Source of the DNA: Lama guanicoe
Taxonomy: Eukaryota
DNA: 64,000 bases
Assembly (NCBI GenBank): GCA_013239625.1
Contig: MU053884.1
Location: 124,001-188,000, forward strand
Direction: 5' to 3'
Shown here: piece after piece, positions 25,742 through 36,950 of the stretch
Layout: each line of letters opens with the position of its first letter
How positions within the stretch are numbered: position 1 is the stretch's first letter
Translations under genes and position numbers: made by a program
The notes under the pieces: model-generated
The model's input: the letters and a program-made list of their open reading frames with translations, nothing else
What the model was told of the DNA's origin: nothing
The model's database searches: none

Positions 25742-26255
25742 TGTTACGGAAATGACAGGCCAGCCAAGAAACAAGCACCACTCGGAGGGTTGCAGTACTC
25801 ATATTAATTATGCCAGCGGGCTCAGAGGGGCTTCTGCTCAGAAGCTCTGAGCATCTCCAAGACGTGCACATGAGGTTTTATAGGGTTAATTACAAGTATG
25901 GGGCTATTAGCCAATGAGGTTCAAACAACAAAAAGCAAGGAATCAGTACACTGGAGCTTATCAATTTGGAACAGATTACGTTACTGACACTTGTTGAGCT
26001 TGGATTTACGAGTTAGCTTGTTAGCCCAGTAAACTGACACTAAACTTTAGATTTACAATTTAGCCCGGCAGAACTTATATCAGTAAACTGACACTTATCA
26101 CACTTAGATTTGTGACTGAGCTCGTTAGCCCAATAGACTGACACTAAACTTCAGATTTATGAGTTAGCCCAGCAGAACTCAGATCAGTAATCTGACACTT
26201 GTTGTACTTAGATTTGTGACTTAGCTTGTTAGCCCAGCTGGGCTTTTCCTTCACA
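25742..26255 (-). mobile_element. 5' LTR of provirus
   Basis: 514 bp with 6 substitutions versus 20598-21111 by manual alignment. PBS adjacent. Confidence 0.97.
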
Positions 26256-26446
26256 GTTATGGTTTTTAAGCTGTGTTTAAAAAATTTTTTAATTTCTCTT
26301 TTAGCAGGATGCTGAAATTAAATAAATATGTAAACAAACTTATCACACTTAAATGCTTTTATACATTTTAAGCTGTTTAGTAGTTAGTTAAAAACCTAAT
26401 TGAATAATAAATTGATAACATTTTTAAATTATTTTTTAATTTTTTT

Positions 26447-26536
26447 NNNNNNNNNNNNNNNNNNNNNNNNNNNNNNNNNNNNNNNNNNNNNNNNNNNNNN
26501 NNNNNNNNNNNNNNNNNNNNNNNNNNNNNNNNNNNN
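26447..26536. other. Assembly gap (90 N)
   Basis: Run of n. Confidence 1.
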
Positions 26537-26964
26537 CTGACCCAGGTTCTTGGTCCCCCTGCCTGTCAAAGCCAAGGCCCTCACTACTGTCTGCAGGGGA
26601 GCGAGTGGAGGCAGCTCTCATCAGTGCTGGCACCACCCTCTGAGTGGCAGTGACAGCAGTGACTGTCTGTGGACGTGCAAAGTGTTGTTCCAGGAGCTTT
26701 ACATGCATTCCTGCATTTAATAATTAAAGCCCTCCTGTGAGGAATCTTTTTATGTTTTTAATGAATAATACATTTTATTTTGATTTTGATTGACTTCAAA
26801 CCTCCGGAAAATTTACAGGAGTAGCACAATAAACACTTAGATACAGTTCACCTAAAAGGACACTATTTGGCCTTTTGTGTCTGGCTTATTTTAGCATAAA
26901 GTTTCAAGGTTCATCCATCTTGTAACCTGAATCAGTACTTTATTCTTTTGGTTTGATAATATCC

Positions 26965-28425
26965 TTTTTTTTTTAATTTATCTTCTATTTAAAAATATTT
27001 TCATTGTAGTCTAGTCAGTTTATAATGTTTCACCATTTTCTTGTGTACAGCAAAACACTTCAGTTGTATAGGAACATACCTGTATTCGTTTCCATATTCT
27101 TTTTAAACTTAAGTTACTATAAGATATTAAATATATTTTCCTGTGCTATACAGTATAAACATGCTGTTTATTCTATACATAGTCAATATCTGCAAATCTT
27201 GAACTCCCAATTTATTCCTTCCCACACCCTCTCCCCTCTGGTAACCATAGATTGTTTTCTATGTCTCTGTGTCAGTTTCTGTTCTGTAGATAAGTTTATT
27301 GTTTTGTTTCTTTGTTTTTTGTTTTAGATTCCACATGTGTGCCATCTCATATTGTGTTTTTCTTTCTCTTTCTGGCTTACTTCACTTAGAATGACATTCC
27401 CCAGGTCCATTCATGTTACTGCAAATGGCATTATTTTATTATTATTTTATGGCTGAATAGCAGTCTATTTTACAAATATACTACAACCTCTTTATCCAGT
27501 CATCTGTCAGTGGACATTTAGGTTGTTTCCGTGTCTTGCTATTTTAAATAGTGCTGCTGTGAACATTGGGGTGAAGGTGTCTTTTTGAATTACGGATCCT
27601 TCTGGATATATGCCAAGGAAAGGGATTGCTGGGTCATTTGGGAAGTCAATTATTTGTCTTTTGAGGAACCTCTATACAGTTTTCCACAATGGCTCCACCA
27701 AACGTCATTCCCACCACAGTGTAGGAGTGTTCCCTTTTCTTCACAACCTCTCCAGCTTTTATTGTTTGTGAACTTCTGAATGATGGCTATTCTGACTGGT
27801 GAGAGGTGATACTTGATTGTGGTTTTGATTTGCATTTCTCTGGTAATGATATTGAGCATTTTTTCATGTGCCAATTGGCCATTTGTATGTCTTCATTGGA
27901 GAAATATTTGTTTAGGACTTCTGCCCATTTTTGGATTGAATTTTTTGTTTTTCTTTCTTAGTAAGTGTAAAAGCTGTTTACATATTCTGGGAATTAAGCT
28001 CTTGTCAGTTTCATTTATTGCAAATATTTTCTCCCATTCCATAGGTTGTCTTTTTGTTTTGCTTACTCTTTCCTTTGCTATGCAAAACCTTGTAAGTTTA
28101 ATTAGATCCCACTTGTATATTTTTGCTTGTATTCCTATTGCTTGAGTAGACTGCTCTAGGAGAACATTGCTGAGATGTATGTCAGATGTTTTGCCTATGT
28201 TTTCTTCTAAGAGGTTTATAGTGTCTTGTCTACATGTTTCAGTCTTTAAGCCATTTTGAATTTATTTTTGTGTATGCTGTGAGGGAGTAGTCTAACTTCA
28301 TTTATTTACATGCAGCTGTCCAGTTTTCCCTACACCATTTGCTGAAGAGGCTGTCTTTACTCCATTGTATGTTCTCACCTCCTTTGTCAAATGTTCAATA
28401 ACCAAAAGTTTGTGGGACTATTCTT
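26965..28425 (-). mobile_element. Younger 5'-truncated L1 (ORF2 C-terminus and 3' UTR) nested in an older L1MB-like element
   Basis: Minus [48 protein letters not shown] matches the L1 ORF2 C-terminal region. Poly-T at ~26965. Confidence 0.9.
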
Positions 28426-28553
28426 GGTAATTTTGTTTATCCATTCATTGATAGATGCATATTGTTTGTAACTTTTGGCTACTCTGAATGATACTGCTAT
28501 GAATATTGATGTGCAATTTTTTGTGAGAATACGTTTTCATTCTGTTGGCTGTA

Positions 28554-28694
28554 CAGTTGGCCCGCCATATCTGTAGTTTCCACTTCATGGATCCAGATGG
28601 CTGATTGTAAAGGGACTCGAACATCCTTGGATTATGGTATCCAGGGTGGGGGGGTTCCTGAAACCAACCCCCCGAGGATACTAAGGGATGACTC
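28554..28694. mobile_element. MER2/Tigger-like Tc1-mariner MITE
   Basis: ta|cagttggccc...agggatgactc|ta: imperfect terminal inverted repeats with TA target duplication. Internal cctgaaaccaaccccc..ggatac resembles MER2. Confidence 0.7.
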
Positions 28695-29127
28695 TATATG
28701 TAGGAGTGGAATTGCTGAGCCATATATCTCTAATCTGTTGAGGAAACACCAGACTTCTCCAAAGAAGCTGCACCATTGTCCCTTTCCACTGGCCGCATAG
28801 GAAGTTTCTCTGCCTCCTGAACGACACTTGTTATTGTCCATGTTTTGATTATAACCCTTCTAGTGGGTGTGAAATGAGATGTCATTTTGATTTTGATATG
28901 GCTAGTGATGCTGAACATTTTTTCATATGCTTTTTCGCCATTAGTGTATCTTTTTAAATCCTAGGCAAATTTAAAATTGGGTCGATTTCCTTGTATTGTT
29001 CAGTTGTAAGCATTTGTTATATATCCTGGGTACTACTCTCTTATTAGATAAATGCTTTGCAAAATTTTTCTCCTATTCTGCATATTGTCCTTTCACTTTA
29101 GTTTTTTAAACATTAAAACAATTTCTT

Positions 29128-29212
29128 TATAGGGGAGGTAATTAGATGTATTGATTTATTTTATTTTTCTTGCTAAGCACACACTCTATAACTTGATATA
29201 CCCACTTCCCCT
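29128..29212 (-). mobile_element. Internally deleted tRNA-derived SINE (Vic-1-like)
   Basis: ggggaggtaattag...tgctaagcacacactctataacttgatatacccacttcccc, related to the copy at ~39.2 kb. Confidence 0.6.
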
Positions 29213-29370
29213 GTCATTTCACTTTCTTGATGATGTCCTTTGTAGGAAAAAGGTTTTACTTTTGGTGAAGTCCAGTTTATATTCTTTTTTCTTCCATCAC
29301 TTGTGCTTTTGGTATTGTATCTAGGAAACCAAAGCCTATCTTAGGACCACAAAGATTTATACTGTGTCTT

Positions 29371-29563
29371 NNNNNNNNNNNNNNNNNNNNNNNNNNNNNN
29401 NNNNNNNNNNNNNNNNNNNNNNNNNNNNNNNNNNNNNNNNNNNNNNNNNNNNNNNNNNNNNNNNNNNNNNNNNNNNNNNNNNNNNNNNNNNNNNNNNNNN
29501 NNNNNNNNNNNNNNNNNNNNNNNNNNNNNNNNNNNNNNNNNNNNNNNNNNNNNNNNNNNNNNN
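29371..29563. other. Assembly gap (193 N)
   Basis: Run of n. Confidence 1.
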
Positions 29564-32500
29564 GTAAGTTTTGCTGGATTTTATCGTGCCTCATAGATTT
29601 ATTTATCCAAACTTATGCCAGTACAATACTGACTTGAGTACTATAGCTTTTTAGTACACTTTAAAGTGAGTCCTTCAACTTTACTCTACTTTTTCAAGAT
29701 GGTTTTAGCTGTCCTCTGCACTTTGCACGTCCATATTAATTTTGGGATCAGTTTTTCAATTTTTCAAAAGAAGTCAGCTCGAATTTTGGTAGGGATTCCA
29801 CTGAATTTGTAGATCACTTTGGGGAGTCTTAACATTTTAACAATATTGACTACCATTCCATGAACATGGAATGACTTCCATATATGTAGATCTTTTAACT
29901 GTTATTTCGGTGATACTTCAAAATATTCAATGTACAAATCTTGTAAATTTTTGTTGAATGTACCTCTCATTTTATTTTTAATGCTGTTGTAAATGAAAGG
30001 CTGAACTTCTGAAGGGTGGGACTTTATATCAATTAGTGTATTTCTACGATTCCTTCACAGCAAACACCCTAGGTTTATATTTGCTACATAAATCTATCCA
30101 TAACTCTTCCCAACCTTGTGTTATAAGAAACCAAGACCCAGGTTAAGCTACCTGAACACCTATGTGGAAGTAAGAAATGAGACCCTTGGTTGGGGCTTTG
30201 TGCAGTTGACACTCAGAGCTTATTCAGGATGGCTTCATCTTAATTCCTTTTAAACGACCCTTTTGGTGTATTTAGTCAGATACATTAAGAGCATGCCCTT
30301 TTGATGTGCAGAGGAGCTAAGACTATCATTTTCAAATAATTTCTAGTGAGAGTGTTGTACTTGAAATCTAATTTGCATCAATATTTGAAGATTTATGTTT
30401 CAGGAGCTTTGACTAAAGAACACCTGTCTTTAAATGACAAATATCAAGCAACATGTAAGAGTTTGAGCAAACTGCCCCCGCCCCGTAGCGCTGGTTGGCT
30501 GCAGCTGTAACTGGAGTCAGCGCTTACCTCTCCCAGTACACTTGTGCTGATCTGCTCAAAGGAGTTCGTCCATCAGTTGTCAGAAGTCTGTTGGGCAAAG
30601 GCATAAAACATTGATAGAAGGTTTAAAGCTCACGTCTCTATTCATCACTGACTTTGCTAATTGGGTGCTTACACAGCTCACTTCACTGCCCTCCTCTGGG
30701 CTCAGGCTCCACAGTAAATAGCTGGTGAGACTCCCTCTTTTCCAGAAGAAGACACATTTAGCTGTTAGCCTTCTATACCTCGCCAAACTTAGAATTTTAG
30801 TTTGTTGTTTTAATTCTATTCTTGGTTGGCCATCTCCTGGCAAGAGAGACATTTTATCTCATGGCCATGTTTCAATTAGCTGTTACTGAGAATTGTTGAT
30901 CTGATCCATAGTGTATGTATTTTATTAACTTTTTAGAGTATTTATCATTTTTCTGTCATTGCCCTTTAATTTTGAATGTCCCTTCAAGTCTGTATCCTAT
31001 TTAAGTCCTTATTATTTTTTAATTAATAAATGTTTGTCAGTAGTTAAGAAAACAAAAGAAAAGAAAAAATGCACATGATATTAAATTTAGGAAATATCTA
31101 GTGTGCTTTCTGTCTCAGCAATGGAGGGTTCTAGAAACTCCTGAAGACCTTCATTACACAAGTTCCTTAAAATGCTGATTAAGAAATAAAACCTTCCTTC
31201 CTCATCTTTCAAGCTGCACCGCTAATTGTCAAGAAACTGAGGGGAAATCCTCAGAAGCTAAGACAAACCAGAAGGCAGGTATTCTGGGAGATACGCGAGC
31301 CTTAGAAGCACTCGGGTGCTGGCTAGCTCCTGAACTGAGTTTCAATTGCCCTGACAGGAGGGCAGGAGTTGAGCCCCAGGCCTCTCACACTGGGGGTTGG
31401 ATGGCTGATCTTATGTAAGGTCAAAGCCCTTTCCGAGAACCCTGGTTTACTAAAGTGTGAACTAGGGAAAAAAAATTCCTCAAGGCAAGAAAGGAAGGAA
31501 AGTTAATTTTGTTGGAAGATGAGAAAAATAACAAATCCAAAGGAAGGATATAGTTTAAAGCTGTTCTGGCATGAGAGCGACCACAAACTCCTGGCAGAAA
31601 AGCACAGCTATTCCTGGAATGAGAAGTTGTTTTTTGAATGAATCAGTGAACAGCCATTCTGAAAAAGACCTCCAGAATCTTGTGGATCAAGATAATGGAC
31701 TACAAACACCTCTCTTCCAAGTTCTCATTCAAATAGCCAGAAAGGATTTAAAGGAAAGAAGCCATAATCATAGTTATATTTATTGACTTTATTATATGCT
31801 AGGAATTCAGAGGTGACTATGGAGTTGTCTCCTCTTTTATGGACCTTACTTTCTCTTTGGGGAGACAACCTGACATTGTTGGGGAGCTTGGTGGAGGGAG
31901 GTGTTAGTCTGTTGCAATTAGCCAGGAGAGGAGATTAAGTAAGCAGTGAAGGGTGGGTGACATTTTTAGCTGAGGACAGTCTTGTTCTGTTGGCTTTTAA
32001 TTGTAGGCTCGATGAGCTGTCACTGGAGGGAATAGATAGATCTTATGGGGACTTAGCTCAGGCCTCTTTAGAATGGACAAGTGAACCTAGAGAAAGACAC
32101 TCAAATCTGTGCAGACATTAAAGTTCACTCGAACATGCTCCATCCCTGAGCCAAAGATAGGACAAATATGCAGCACTTCTTGAAGAGAGAGGAGTGGTTT
32201 TTAAGGTTCTCTAAGAATGAATCCCAGGGAAACGAGATGGCCAGTTGTCAAACTGTGACTTTGCTCTTTGGACGGTGTACCGACCAAGGGTATTGGTCTT
32301 TTATAGGTTTACATTTCTCGTTAATACATGTCAGGTGATGAGGACGTGGGCACAAGTGTTTGACACGTTGTCGAGGTGACTTTGGGTACCTGCCTAGAAG
32401 CACGGGCACAGTTGCGGCTGCGTCATACATCTTGCCGCCCATACCGTCCCCAGTCTCCGTGATCACGGCAGAGTGGTTACTTGTTCACCTGTCCGTCTCC

Positions 32501-32863
32501 TCTGTGACATCATAACCCATGAAAAAACCGGAGCGTATTAACTTGGCTTTCTTAAAATTCAAAGGAACAGATCAAATATGGAGTCAGATTTGTTCTTTCC
32601 TATTTCAGTAGTGCCATGGAGAAGGCACTTTGGACAGCTATTTGTAAGGCCCTGGAGGCTTTCTCTCTCAGCCTCTGGGCACCTCTGTTGAAAACCCTTC
32701 ATAGCTGTCTGGCCTGCTGTAAAAACACTCTGACTCTTTTGCCCTGAAGATGTGTTCTGTTTATAACTCATCTCTACTCCTTGGAAAACAACTTAATAAA
32801 AACTCAGTTGGTTTTCCACCAGCCATGGGCAGGGGTGAGGGATAACATGTTATTAATTTATAA

Positions 32864-32888
32864 AATAATACTACTAATGATAATAATG

Positions 32889-32925
<37 letters not shown>
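32864..32925. repeat. (TAA)n microsatellite
   Basis: aataatactactaatgataataatgataataataataa... It explains the poly-Ile and poly-Leu ORFs. Confidence 0.95.
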
Positions 32926-33317
32926 TAAAAAAAGAAGTCTTAAAACGGCCCTGGGCACATAGGAGAGAGTCAATAAATGCTTCCTGGCTTAAATCAATAG
33001 TGATGGCTCAGTGATTCCATGGCTGCAGTATTTGCTGATCTAGTTACTCCTTTGCTCCATTACACTTTTTTTTAACTAAAAAAGAAACACATGCATATGG
33101 TTAAAAAAAATTTAAACAGAGCACAAAAATACACAAGTGAAAGAAGTTTTCCTTCATCCTCTGTTCTTTCAGCCCTCCCTGGAAATGCCAATGTTTACTA
33201 TCCTTTGTGTGCTTTTCCAGATATGCTATGCACATTCCCACCTATGTATGTAAATTCCTTTAAAGTTTTACTTATTTTTAACTTAAAGGGATTTAAATCC
33301 TCAAGTTGCTTCTGCCG

Positions 33318-33800
33318 GGTAATAGAAAAGAACAAATCTGACTTCATATTAGATCAGTTCCTTTGACTTTAACCCTGTGCTCTGTCTCCTAGGCTTCATC
33401 TTGCTTGTAAAACAATGTTGCTTAGAGCCTGAAATATACAGGAGAGCATATTCTGAAGGCTCTGACCCTTAAGGATATTTAACACTTCTCCATTCATAAA
33501 AAGATAACAAGTTGCAGAATAGAAAATAACATTTGTTTTGTTGGATGTTTACACTGATTTGACCCAGGCAGATAGATGCAAGAACAAAGGATTCTAACAA
33601 CAAGGAATTCCTACACCAAGAAGTTTGCAACAACCAAGCACGTAGGAAAGGAGCCTGAATTCTGACTGGGGAGATGGTTTTCCAGGACATTAGTTTGCCA
33701 TGTAGGTCTACAGAAACTTACTATTCCACACCCCAATACCTGCTCTGCCAACTTATTGGCCTGTCTTGCACTGAGGAGAATGGATTTGGACTCGGTAACA
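33318..33800 (+). mobile_element. ERV1-class solo LTR (family of 12703-13240), TATA and polyA segments deleted
   Basis: gtaatagaaaagaacaaatctgac...ctcggtaaca aligns to the reverse complement of 12703-13240 but lacks its gtataaaa and aataaa segments. Confidence 0.85.
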
Positions 33801-33837
33801 CTCCTATGTACCTAGCAAACTGGGCACTGGAACTGAG

Positions 33838-34247
33838 TGTTACAGGAACAACAGGCCAGCCAAGAAACAAGCACCACTCGGAGCGTTGGAGTACTCAGAT
33901 TTATTACGCCGGCGGGCTCTGAGGAGCTTCTGCTCCGAAGCTCTGAGCACCTCCAAGAGGTGCACATGAGGTTTTATAGGGTTAATTACATGTATGGGGC
34001 TATTAGGCAATAAGGCTCAAACAACAAAAAGCAAGGAATCAGTACACTGGAGCTTATCAACTTGAAACAGATCACGTTACTGACACTTGTTGAGCTTGGA
34101 TTTACGAGTTAGCTTGTTAGTCCAGTAAATTGACACTAAACTTCAGATTTATGAGTTAGCCCAGCAGAACTTATATCAGGAAACCGACACGTATCACACT
34201 TAGATTTGTGACTTAGCTTGTTAAAGCAGCTGGGATTTTCCTTCACA
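33838..34247 (-). mobile_element. Solo LTR of the same family as the 20598-26255 provirus
   Basis: tgttacagg...cttcaca, 410 bp, perfect 4-bp TSD tgag. Aligns to the proviral LTRs but has only one ~104-bp U3 unit. Confidence 0.95.
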
Positions 34248-34884
34248 TGAGGACAGCTCTCCCACACCCAGGGACCTACTGTGAGCCCGTGATGGTTCCA
34301 CTAGGGTGGGGTGTGGTTTACCCAGGAGGGATGGGGACTATGCACCAACACTCAGGCAGTCTGCTCTGTCTGGGGCTCTGATCTTGTACCACCCGCTCTC
34401 CACCAGCTCAACACCTGGGACAGTGGAAATAAGGCAGAGATCAAGCCTGCTTGTTTCCCAGCGTGTAAAAGGGGGAATATGTACTATTCCCAAGGTAGTT
34501 CTGAGAGACAACACCTGCGGGTTTTTCGTTCACAGAGCAACAGAAAACCCAGCACCGCGTGGGGGCAATGGGTGTGATACCCATAGGGGTTCTGCAGAGG
34601 CATCGGATGGAGGGCTGGACCAGCAAGGTATAACTTGAGCTGCCAGCCTTGAAGGGTTAGAGAAGGGTACAGAGGCAGGACTGCCACCTCCTTCGGGGTG
34701 CCCCCAGAGGTAAAGCTTTTTTCTCCATCTCCGCTACTCCCCTCCCCTCTCCATATCCCTCCCTTCTCTCTGCTTTTCCTGTTCATCTGTCTCCCTCCAC
34801 TTTTTCCCTCCTCTCCTCCTCCTCCCATCTTCTCCATCCCTTGCTGCACCAGCTTCTCTCTCAAAATCCAGAGGATCACTGGCC

Positions 34885-35480
34885 CTCCTCCGCATGCGCA
34901 GTCAGTGCCTGCTGGACCGCGGTTTGGAAGCTCAATCTCAGATCCGGGGATTGGCACCAAACGCTTCTCAGCTCTGTCGCCCGGTAGGCCTTTGGCTCCT
35001 GCCCAGGGCCGGGCTTCTGGCTGTGGAAGTGCAAGGTGGGGGGCTCCCGGGAAAGGGGTCAGGCGGCTGCGGGAGGGCGGTTCGCCTGTCACAGCCCGCG
35101 AGGGCGCGAGTCAGCGTGTGTTCAGCTGAACTGCTCGGGCCAGACACCTCTGCCTGCGCCATCTGCCCCGGCGCCCTGGCCACACCTGTCCAGGGCCAGG
35201 TGTGCACCTGCCGCCTCTCGCCCCAGCCGGGCTCCCATCAGTCCGCGGCTGGCGTCACCTTTCCCTCTCCTGCCTGTGAGTCCTCCCCTCCCAGGCATCC
35301 TCTCCTCGGCCACTGACCTGTCCCCGCCCCTGGGCTGGCTGTCTCCTGGCGGTCGGGATCTGCAGACCCTGACAGGGGCAGGCGCCTGGGGCTGGGGCTG
35401 GCCTCTGAGCAGGGCTGCAGCTCGCGTCCCCACCCCCACACACGCTTTCTCTGCCCCGCGACCCAGGGGCTGCCCTCCTC
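34885..35480 (+). promoter_or_regulatory. CpG-rich promoter-like island with NRF1-like motif and candidate first exon
   Basis: High GC and CpG density, cgcatgcgca at 34891-34900, GC box ccccgccc at ~35322. Donor-like sites ccg|gtaggc (~34984) and gag|gtaagt (35641). Lies ~4.5 kb upstream of the TRAPPC9-like first coding exon. Confidence 0.7.
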
Positions 35481-36659
35481 TCCCTTTCCCGCTACCTGAG
35501 GACTAGCTCATTAGCGTGGGTGCTGCTCCCTGTGCTGAGAGCCCCCTGCTGTAAAGCCCAGCTTCTCCTGGTGGAGTTGGGAAAAGGGAGCGCCAGTGTT
35601 GAGCGAGCTTCTGTCTCCTCCCTCAGTGTTTCTGCCCGAGGTAAGTACCTTGAACAGTTTCAGGTGTTATGATGGCGGTGCTTGATGATGTCATTGCTTT
35701 TATAGTGAGAGGGATTACAGTGTTGAAAGCAGGGCTTGGTTCAGTTAAAAATGTGCTGAAGGCATGAGGCTGTGACATCCTGTTTCCTTCCATCTCCCAG
35801 GGTGAAACGTGTGACCGTCGATTTTAAAAAGATAGTTACAGTCCCTAACTAGCCCAGCCCAGCTAGTGTGTGTTAACAGGAACAGCACCACCAGAGGATT
35901 TGGAGACCTAGGGACATTGCAGTCCTAAAGAGCTCCTGGCACAGTTTGGTTTGTTTTGGTTTTTTGTTTTTCTTAAAATGTGGGGCAGACTAGTTTTATA
36001 GAGGGAAAAATAAATTGTCAAGAAATAGTTTTTCATATAACAGCTTTATTGTGATATTGTTCACACACCATGAAGTCCATACATTTAAGTGGTACAATTC
36101 AGCAGCTTTAACATATTCACAGTTAGGCAACAATTATTATTCCTGAACCTTTTCATCACTTCAGAAATAACAGTGGAAATGAATGACATATCCACCCCTC
36201 CCCAGTGGTGGTTCTAAAGATGTTTCTTGGCTATTTCTGACCATAGATTAATTTGTTACATTCCATGAAATATCTGGTAGGAATTCTAATCAGAATTGCA
36301 TTGAATCTGTCTATCAAAGCAGGAAGAATGAATGTCTTTATGGCATAAACTTCTTCTGCCCATGAATATATCTGGGACCCTATCTGTTCAACTGTCCAGA
36401 GCCTGGCCCATGGGAAGTGCTCACTAATTGTTGGGCTTGTGAATGATGAGATTTTGTACATCGTTAGTTGCAACTGTAGCCTTTCACAGAAGAGAAAGGT
36501 AACCTCAGTGAAGCCAAGTGACTCTCTAATGGTCAGAAAGAATGACAGTTAGTGCTGGAGTCATCCAGTGGACTTGGTGTTTGCAGCCAGTATTCTCCAC
36601 AAAATACAGCTAGGGGAATTAGAGTGTTCTTTTACTTTTTCTTAATGGCGTTGCTTTTA

Positions 36660-36950
36660 TTTTTACTAATTTTTTAAAATTATTTTTTATTGAAGTGTAG
36701 TAAATTTACACTGTTGTTTTCAGATGTACAGCAGAGATTCAGTTATAAACATATGCATATGTATATAAATATTTTTCAGAATGTTTTTAGTACAACTCGT
36801 TACAAGAAATAAAATATAGTTCCCTGTGCTATATAGAAGGTCCTTGTCATTTATTTTATATTTATTAATGTGTATCTGTTAATCCCCCCTTTCTTTCCTG
36901 CTAACCACAGTTTACTTTGTATGTCCATGAGTCCATTTCTAGCAGCACCG
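36660..36950 (-). mobile_element. L1 3' tail fragment
   Basis: tttttattgaagtgtagtaaatttacac...ttccctgtgctata, typical antisense L1 3' UTR. Confidence 0.7.

Larger units (their letters stand above)
20598..26255 (-). mobile_element. Internally deleted gammaretrovirus-like (ERV1, tRNA-Thr primed) provirus, 5.66 kb
   Basis: Two 514-bp LTRs with PBS, leader, gag MA, partial RT, RNase H, integrase, env TM and PPT in the correct order on the minus strand. Confidence 0.97.
28426..29995 (-). mobile_element. Older L1MB-like fragment (continues 26755-26960)
   Basis: Antisense L1M text and ORF HFTPTRRVIIKTW. Interrupted by a MITE, a SINE and an N gap. Confidence 0.75.

Noticed and set aside
25093..25871. 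ORFs across the ERV leader and LTR (possible glyco-Gag or accessory gene)
   Set aside because: No in-frame continuity to gag, no recognisable motif, and they run through a dinucleotide repeat or the LTR.
32761..33014. ORFs with poly-Leu or poly-Ile resembling signal or transmembrane segments
   Set aside because: Translation of the (TAA)n microsatellite.
34484..35506. Cluster of long overlapping ORFs (140-202 aa) on both strands
   Set aside because: Low-complexity G/P/R/A-rich translations expected from stop-poor GC-rich DNA; no recognisable domain.
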